Positions 59,374-64,000 of a stretch of DNA of 64,000 nt are shown piece by piece. The translations under genes were made by a program, and so were the position numbers. Under the pieces are notes generated by a model. It worked only from the letters and a program-made list of their open reading frames with translations, was not told the DNA's origin and made no database searches. Source of the stretch: a virus; the IMG/VR virus record IMGVR_UViG_3300046010_015054, positions 64,001-128,000 of that record; one strand, given 5' to 3'. Position 1 is the stretch's first letter; every line of letters begins with the position of its first letter.

Positions 59374-61113
59374 TTAGAAGCTGGTTAAACCAGAAACGTA
59401 GATCTTACCATAGAATTCAGGACGTAACATCTTCTTAGCGTAGCGAGTCAAGAGACCTTTTCTTGGAGTGAAGGTTTCTGGATCGTAGATAAGAGGAGTC
59501 ATGATTAATGGAATGTAAGGAGCGAATACAGCACCAGCTTCCAAGAATTGAGTACCACGGAAGCCCATAAGAATTGTGTTTTCATTCATGTATGGGTTCT
59601 TGTATACAGTGTATCTGTTGTTGATAGCACCTGCTTTCTGTACACCAAAGGCGTAAGTCATTTTAGATACATCACCGTCAGAATTTGAAGCATATCCAGG
59701 GATAGATTCAAGAACTGTAGCTACAGTTGGAGAACATACTAAGAAGTTTGCACCACCACGAAGAGTTAACTGGTGAATCTTGTTAGATAACTTCTGCATC
59801 TTAGTACCAAGGGTTTGGAACCACTGGCCTTGAGTGTTGTAGTAACCACCGTTAGTAGCAGTTAACTGGCTAAAGTTATTAGTACCTGGATTGTAGAATT
59901 CGTTAGAAACTGCTGACCAGTACTCTGTACCTGCACCTGCGTCTTCAATTAACATGTCAAGGATTTCAAGGTCGATTTCAAGAGAAATGTACTCGCTCAT
60001 GATGTTAGTTAATTCAGCTTCGGCGTCAAGAGCTTGGTAAGCATTAAGGTCTTGTGCGAATTCTGGAGTCCATACTGCTTTTAACTTCTTGGTCTTAGCA
60101 ACAATTGCTTGTGACTGCATCTGGATGTTGATCTGTGGGATCGCGATTTGAGTTGCGTCAAGAGAGTTAGGAATGGCGTATGTGTTATCAGCTTCAAAGT
60201 CACCGATTTGGTATGGAGACATTGTAGTTGCCTTCTGGTAGAATACTTGGAAATTACCAGTAAGAGTACCAGCATTTAAAGCATTAACTGCAAGGTTTGC
60301 TAAAGCAGCTGAAGTTGTGAAGTAGAAACTAATAGTGTTAGCAGTGTAGTTGTAAGTAGTAAATGCTGGTAATAAGTTATCAGCAGTAAACGAACCTGAA
60401 ACAGGAACGAAACCTCTTACGGCATCTGGATCAAAGTTAGGAAGCTCTGTAGTAGCAGTAGCAACAGTTACTTTTAAGATTTGATTAGCAGCTGCTGAAG
60501 CTGATAATTCAGAATCAAAGTTTAACTGAGACCATAAAGAAGCAGAGGCCATAGATAATGAACCTGTACCTACTGATTCAGAGAACTGGTTGGTTGAGTA
60601 AGTAAACTTACCAGCACCATAAAGACCACCAGTGTTGTTTTCAGCTAAGTTGCTAACACCAGTAGAGAATGGATATTGTGCAGATCCAGTGTTTCCGTAA
60701 AGTGACTCACCAGCAGTAAATGGAGTTTTAGTATTACCATACTGGAAATCAAGGAAGAACACAAGGCCTGAAGGAAGGTTCATTGGCTGTACAGAAACGA
60801 ATTCTTTAGCAGCGATTTGACCAAATACCTTACGTACCAATGGAAGAGCTACACCAGCCCATTCAGCACCTGTACCTACTGTGAAGGCACCAGCACCGTT
60901 ACCTGAACCACCACCAGGGTTAGTTGAGGTTTCTACTACAAGCTGCTTAGCTTGGTTTTCAAGGATCATTGACATGTTGTTCTTGTCAGTCTCACTACCG
61001 AGACCTTCAAGTAAACCTGTCTTCTCCCACTTTGCAGCTAATTTAGCTGCGTCAGACTGAAGGTTTTTCCAACCAGCAGCTGATGACTCTAAAAGAGATT
61101 GAAGTTGTGACAT
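59374..61113 (-). CDS. gp23: Major capsid protein (T4 gp23-like)
   Basis: LPLVRKVF, VSVQPMNLPSGLVF, AKTKKLKAVWTPEFAQDL-AY--LDAEAEL, APYIPL, PRKGLLTRYA. Confidence 0.97.
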   Translation of the reverse strand: MSQLQSLLESSAAGWKNLQSDAAKLAAKWEKTGLLEGLGSETDKNNMSMILENQAKQLVVETSTNPGGGSGNGAGAFTVGTGAEWAGVALPLVRKVFGQIAAKEFVSVQPMNLPSGLVFFLDFQYGNTKTPFTAGESLYGNTGSAQYPFSTGVSNLAENNTGGLYGAGKFTYSTNQFSESVGTGSLSMASASLWSQLNFDSELSASAAANQILKVTVATATTELPNFDPDAVRGFVPVSGSFTADNLLPAFTTYNYTANTISFYFTTSAALANLAVNALNAGTLTGNFQVFYQKATTMSPYQIGDFEADNTYAIPNSLDATQIAIPQINIQMQSQAIVAKTKKLKAVWTPEFAQDLNAYQALDAEAELTNIMSEYISLEIDLEILDMLIEDAGAGTEYWSAVSNEFYNPGTNNFSQLTATNGGYYNTQGQWFQTLGTKMQKLSNKIHQLTLRGGANFLVCSPTVATVLESIPGYASNSDGDVSKMTYAFGVQKAGAINNRYTVYKNPYMNENTILMGFRGTQFLEAGAVFAPYIPLIMTPLIYDPETFTPRKGLLTRYAKKMLRPEFYGKIYVSGLTSF

Positions 61114-61134
61114 TTTGTTTATTGTTTTTTAAAA

Positions 61135-62388
61135 TTAAGATTTAATGATACCGGCAAGTTTCTGCCATCTCATAACTTGTTCTGTTGATTCAAGTATTGG
61201 TTGCTTATTGGTTGTTGGGGCAACACCAGCTGCTTTTGAAGCTAAACCTCTGATTGATTCATTAACAGGAGCTTTCTTTTCTTTAAGCTCGGTAGATAAT
61301 GTTTCAAATACAAGTTTAGTTTCTTTAACTGTTGCTGCTTTATCAAAAGCTTGCAATACTTTTATCTTTTGGTTTTCTGTAAGATTCTTTGCTCTGAAAA
61401 TCTTGTTAGTGTAAAGAAGTTTAGCATTTAAGAGTTTAACTTCATTTAAAGTTGAAGTTAATTCTTTAATGTTAGATTCCATTTCTTCTAAATCTTTTTC
61501 TTCTTTTCTAACATTAGAAGTAAAATTAGCAGGGAATACATCAGTTTTGTCAATAAATTTAAACATTTCATCATCGATTAAAGGACGACCTGCCGCAGCA
61601 TTATCCTTTACTCTTTTAATGAACATATTTACTTTATCCATTACATTCTCATCCATTGCTTCTTCCATCTTTTTCTTAGATTTTTCATAATCAGCGATAC
61701 CTTCTTCTTCAGCGGTGTCTTTTTTAATTTTACCACGCTTTCTAGAAGGAATATCACCTTTACCTCCGCCGTACATCTCATTCATAGTTTCTTCTTCAGC
61801 ATCCACTTCAATGTCCATATCCATTTCCATGTCATCTTCAGCTTCAAAGTTTTCACCGGCTTCAATTTCACCAGCTTTAACCATATCTTCGATTACGTCT
61901 TCAATAAGAGCTTTTAAATCTTCTTCGCTCATATCCTCTAGGTCGATTTCTTCTTCTTCGCCAGCTTCTTTACCTTTTTCGAATTCGTATTTTTCGTCGT
62001 CACCGACATACTTTTCTTCTTGGTCTTCAGCTTCGTTAAGTTGAGATTCTTCCTCGAGTTCTGCAAGGAGTTCTTCAAGATCCATCTCTTCTTCCATATC
62101 TGCTTCTCTCATCTTTTCGGTTTCCTTTTCAGGTTTATCATCGCCTTTAAGATCTTTACGCATCACTGGATTAGACATTTTCTCTTTGAGCTCCTCTTCT
62201 TCGTTGTACATCTCTTGACCTTCATAAGCTTCATCTTCGTCAAGTTCGGCAATTTTTGCCTTTAACTTTTCCGCAAGATAGGGAGCAAATGTTTCCTCAA
62301 GAGCTGCCTTGGCATTTGCGATGGCGGCTTCTTTTACAGCTTTAGCATCGGCAATGGCCTCGTTAAGTAGTTCTCTACTATTACTCAT
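61135..62388 (-). CDS. Prohead core / scaffolding protein (gp22-like)
   Basis: Very acidic coiled-coil protein between protease and capsid; LNAKLLY-NK, ends WQKLAGI. Confidence 0.85.
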   Translation of the reverse strand: MSNSRELLNEAIADAKAVKEAAIANAKAALEETFAPYLAEKLKAKIAELDEDEAYEGQEMYNEEEELKEKMSNPVMRKDLKGDDKPEKETEKMREADMEEEMDLEELLAELEEESQLNEAEDQEEKYVGDDEKYEFEKGKEAGEEEEIDLEDMSEEDLKALIEDVIEDMVKAGEIEAGENFEAEDDMEMDMDIEVDAEEETMNEMYGGGKGDIPSRKRGKIKKDTAEEEGIADYEKSKKKMEEAMDENVMDKVNMFIKRVKDNAAAGRPLIDDEMFKFIDKTDVFPANFTSNVRKEEKDLEEMESNIKELTSTLNEVKLLNAKLLYTNKIFRAKNLTENQKIKVLQAFDKAATVKETKLVFETLSTELKEKKAPVNESIRGLASKAAGVAPTTNKQPILESTEQVMRWQKLAGIIKS

Positions 62389-62527
62389 TGTCCACAAAAT
62401 TTGTTTGGGGGATACGTTTATTAAGAAACGTAATAAGGGTTATAATCACGGATGTCATATAAATTCATGACATATTACGATGATACGTATATCAAGATCT
62501 CTAAAAATCGCATCATATGAAAAAAAT

Positions 62528-62547
62528 GGCCTTCCCGAAGGAAGGCC
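62528..62547 (-). terminator. Intrinsic terminator after the prohead protease gene
   Basis: GGCCUUCC-UUCG-GGAAGGCC followed by AUUUUUUU. Confidence 0.85.
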
Positions 62548-62572
62548 GCCCAAGGTAGCGCCCGAGGGAGAT

Positions 62573-63181
62573 TTATAAAACGGGACAGGTCCCGTTCGCA
62601 CAAAGGATTTCAGTAAGTAATGAATTAACTTTTTGATATTTGTTAAACTTTACTTCTTCAATTCCTTCTTTAACTAAGTGCATGTATGAGCCTGGGTTAG
62701 ATGGTGTTGAAACAAAGTCCCAACAAATAAGATTAAAGTCATCTTGTACTTCCATCATACCACCTGACATAGGTTTTAGTGAACCCTCACCACGTGAAGA
62801 AACACCTACTACTACACCATTTTCAATAAGAGCTTTAAGGATATTTCCTGTTGCTGTAGGTAGGATTTCAATTTTACCCATAACTTCATCCCCATCCCAC
62901 CAAACTTCTCTAATAATGTGTGATACATTTTTAAGGTTGATAATTGAAGAATCTGGGTGGTCTAATTCACCAGTTGCTCTATTTTCTTTGACTATATCTT
63001 GATATTTGTCGATTTCTCTTTTCCAAATTTCAGGAGCATAGTATCTAGAGTTACCATTTTTAACACCAGCAGTAGCTAAAATACCCTCAACAAGAGGATT
63101 TCCAGCAGGTGTTTTAAGACCTTCAGTTAACTGAACTGGGTTAACTTTAAATAATTGGGTTTCAATTAAAACCTGTTTCAT
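62573..63181 (-). CDS. gp21: Prohead protease (T4 gp21-like)
   Basis: KNGNSRYY, GELDHP, VSH, GVSSRGEGS, WDFVSTPS. Confidence 0.95.
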   Translation of the reverse strand: MKQVLIETQLFKVNPVQLTEGLKTPAGNPLVEGILATAGVKNGNSRYYAPEIWKREIDKYQDIVKENRATGELDHPDSSIINLKNVSHIIREVWWDGDEVMGKIEILPTATGNILKALIENGVVVGVSSRGEGSLKPMSGGMMEVQDDFNLICWDFVSTPSNPGSYMHLVKEGIEEVKFNKYQKVNSLLTEILCANGTCPVL

Positions 63182-63852
63182 TTTTCTTCATTAATTTCTT
63201 TAGCGATTTCTAAGATAGATTCTTTTAAATCACCATATCCTGAAGATTTGTATTTTCCAGTTGCTTCTTTAGGAGTGCCTAAACCAGGAGCTTCGGTTTG
63301 ATATCCAATACCTTTAACACCGAATGCAGCATTTTTCATATAATAAAGACTATCTTTTGCCATGTTTTTTGCTACTATTCCTTTTAACTCGTCAACTGTC
63401 TTATCTTTATTTTTAGGATCTTTCATTTCAGCATAGTATCCTTCTAAGAAGGCTTCGCCGTAAATGTTATCAATATTTTTATAATCAGTATAATCGTATC
63501 CTGTTTCTTTATCTAAATCTTCTACTTCTTTAGAAACTTTTTTATTCTCAGCTTTAGTAGTTTGTTCATCTTTAGGTTTAGGAGCATCTACAGGATTTTC
63601 AGCTACAGAAAATTCTTCACTTAAGAAGTTGTTAAATGTATTAAATGGGTCGATTGCAGGTTTAGATACAAGACCACCAATCATAGTAGCTTCTGTAATA
63701 ATGCCTCTTTGTTTTAGGATAAGAGTAGTCTCACCAAATCCATAATGATTAGGAATTAGATTTGGGAATAATTTTTTGGCGTTTTTTAAGAACACATCTT
63801 TGTGCCCTTTGCCTTCTTTGATCAAATTATATTGATTTTGTAAACTTTTCAT
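63178..63852 (-). CDS. Hypothetical head-module protein
   Basis: 224 aa, ATGA-coupled on both sides. Confidence 0.7.
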   Translation of the reverse strand: MKSLQNQYNLIKEGKGHKDVFLKNAKKLFPNLIPNHYGFGETTLILKQRGIITEATMIGGLVSKPAIDPFNTFNNFLSEEFSVAENPVDAPKPKDEQTTKAENKKVSKEVEDLDKETGYDYTDYKNIDNIYGEAFLEGYYAEMKDPKNKDKTVDELKGIVAKNMAKDSLYYMKNAAFGVKGIGYQTEAPGLGTPKEATGKYKSSGYGDLKESILEIAKEINEEK

Positions 63853-64000
63853 TCTTCTGGCTTTAATATGTCCTTAATATCTTTCAAATAGTCTAAGACT
63901 AAGTCTGTTGGGGTAATAATGCTATAATTGGGACTTTTTTTATAATAAGCTAAAGTCTTTTTTTGAGCATCGCGTAACATAGGTTTTAATTCACTCATTT
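63849..64000 (-). CDS. Hypothetical protein, 5' end beyond the window
   Basis: Open frame ...LKPMLRDAQKKTLAYYKKSPNYSIITPTDLVLDYLKDIKDILKPEE*; stop overlaps the next ATG. Confidence 0.6.
   Translation of the reverse strand, partial: MSELKPMLRDAQKKTLAYYKKSPNYSIITPTDLVLDYLKDIKDILKPEE

Larger units (their letters stand above)
1..64000 (-). mobile_element. Segment of a large lytic T4-superfamily-like myovirus (bacteriophage) genome, probable Bacteroidota host
   Basis: gp23/gp21/gp22/gp13/gp14/gp15/gp18/gp19-like genes plus replication and lysis genes, all co-oriented and densely packed; no bacterial housekeeping flanks or integrase in the window. Confidence 0.95.

Noticed and set aside
1-64000. 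Stop-codon reassignment, tRNA or rRNA genes
   Set aside because: TAA, TAG and TGA all end genes at expected lengths under the standard code; intergenic gaps are short and I saw no tRNA cloverleaf (not scanned computationally)

Overview
A 64-kb segment of a large, AT-rich, T4-superfamily-like myovirus genome. Every credible gene is on the minus strand. The host is probably a Bacteroidota/Flavobacteria: four TTG-N20-TAnnTT(T/C)(G/A) promoters, A/T-rich Shine-Dalgarno-less start regions and a Bacteroidota-type short NrdA point that way. In transcription order (right to left) the window holds: (1) head genes (prohead protease, scaffold, major capsid); (2) an amidinotransferase + PSD-like pyruvoyl decarboxylase + PhoH insert; (3) neck and tail-terminator genes; (4) three giant Gly-X-Y fibre genes, one 2642-aa Ser/Thr/Gly protein and two ~1100-aa Gly-Pro-Y collagens; (5) directly after these, five modification enzymes: a GT4 + GT25 (COLGALT-like) + PLOD-type lysyl-hydroxylase fusion, a 2OG-Fe(II) hydroxylase, two paralogous GT-like proteins, and a GT4 + Aah/TibC-like protein O-glycosyltransferase; (6) a contractile tail and baseplate module with a probable +1/-2 frameshifted chaperone; (7) replication genes (short PolA, SSB, RecA, 5'-3' exonuclease, DnaB); (8) class Ia RNR split by a secreted nuclease; (9) a lysis module with an unusual beta-barrel spanin-like trio; (10) accessory SET and GH16 genes; (11) a 7-deazaguanine DNA-modification cluster (DpdA-like, QueC, QueD, QueE). 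The most striking feature is an apparent phage-encoded collagen biosynthesis and maturation system. The two collagen chains are in exact triplet register with each other (candidate heterotrimer) and sit next to animal/mimivirus-like collagen-modifying enzymes. All family calls come from motif recognition by eye; no database searches were run.
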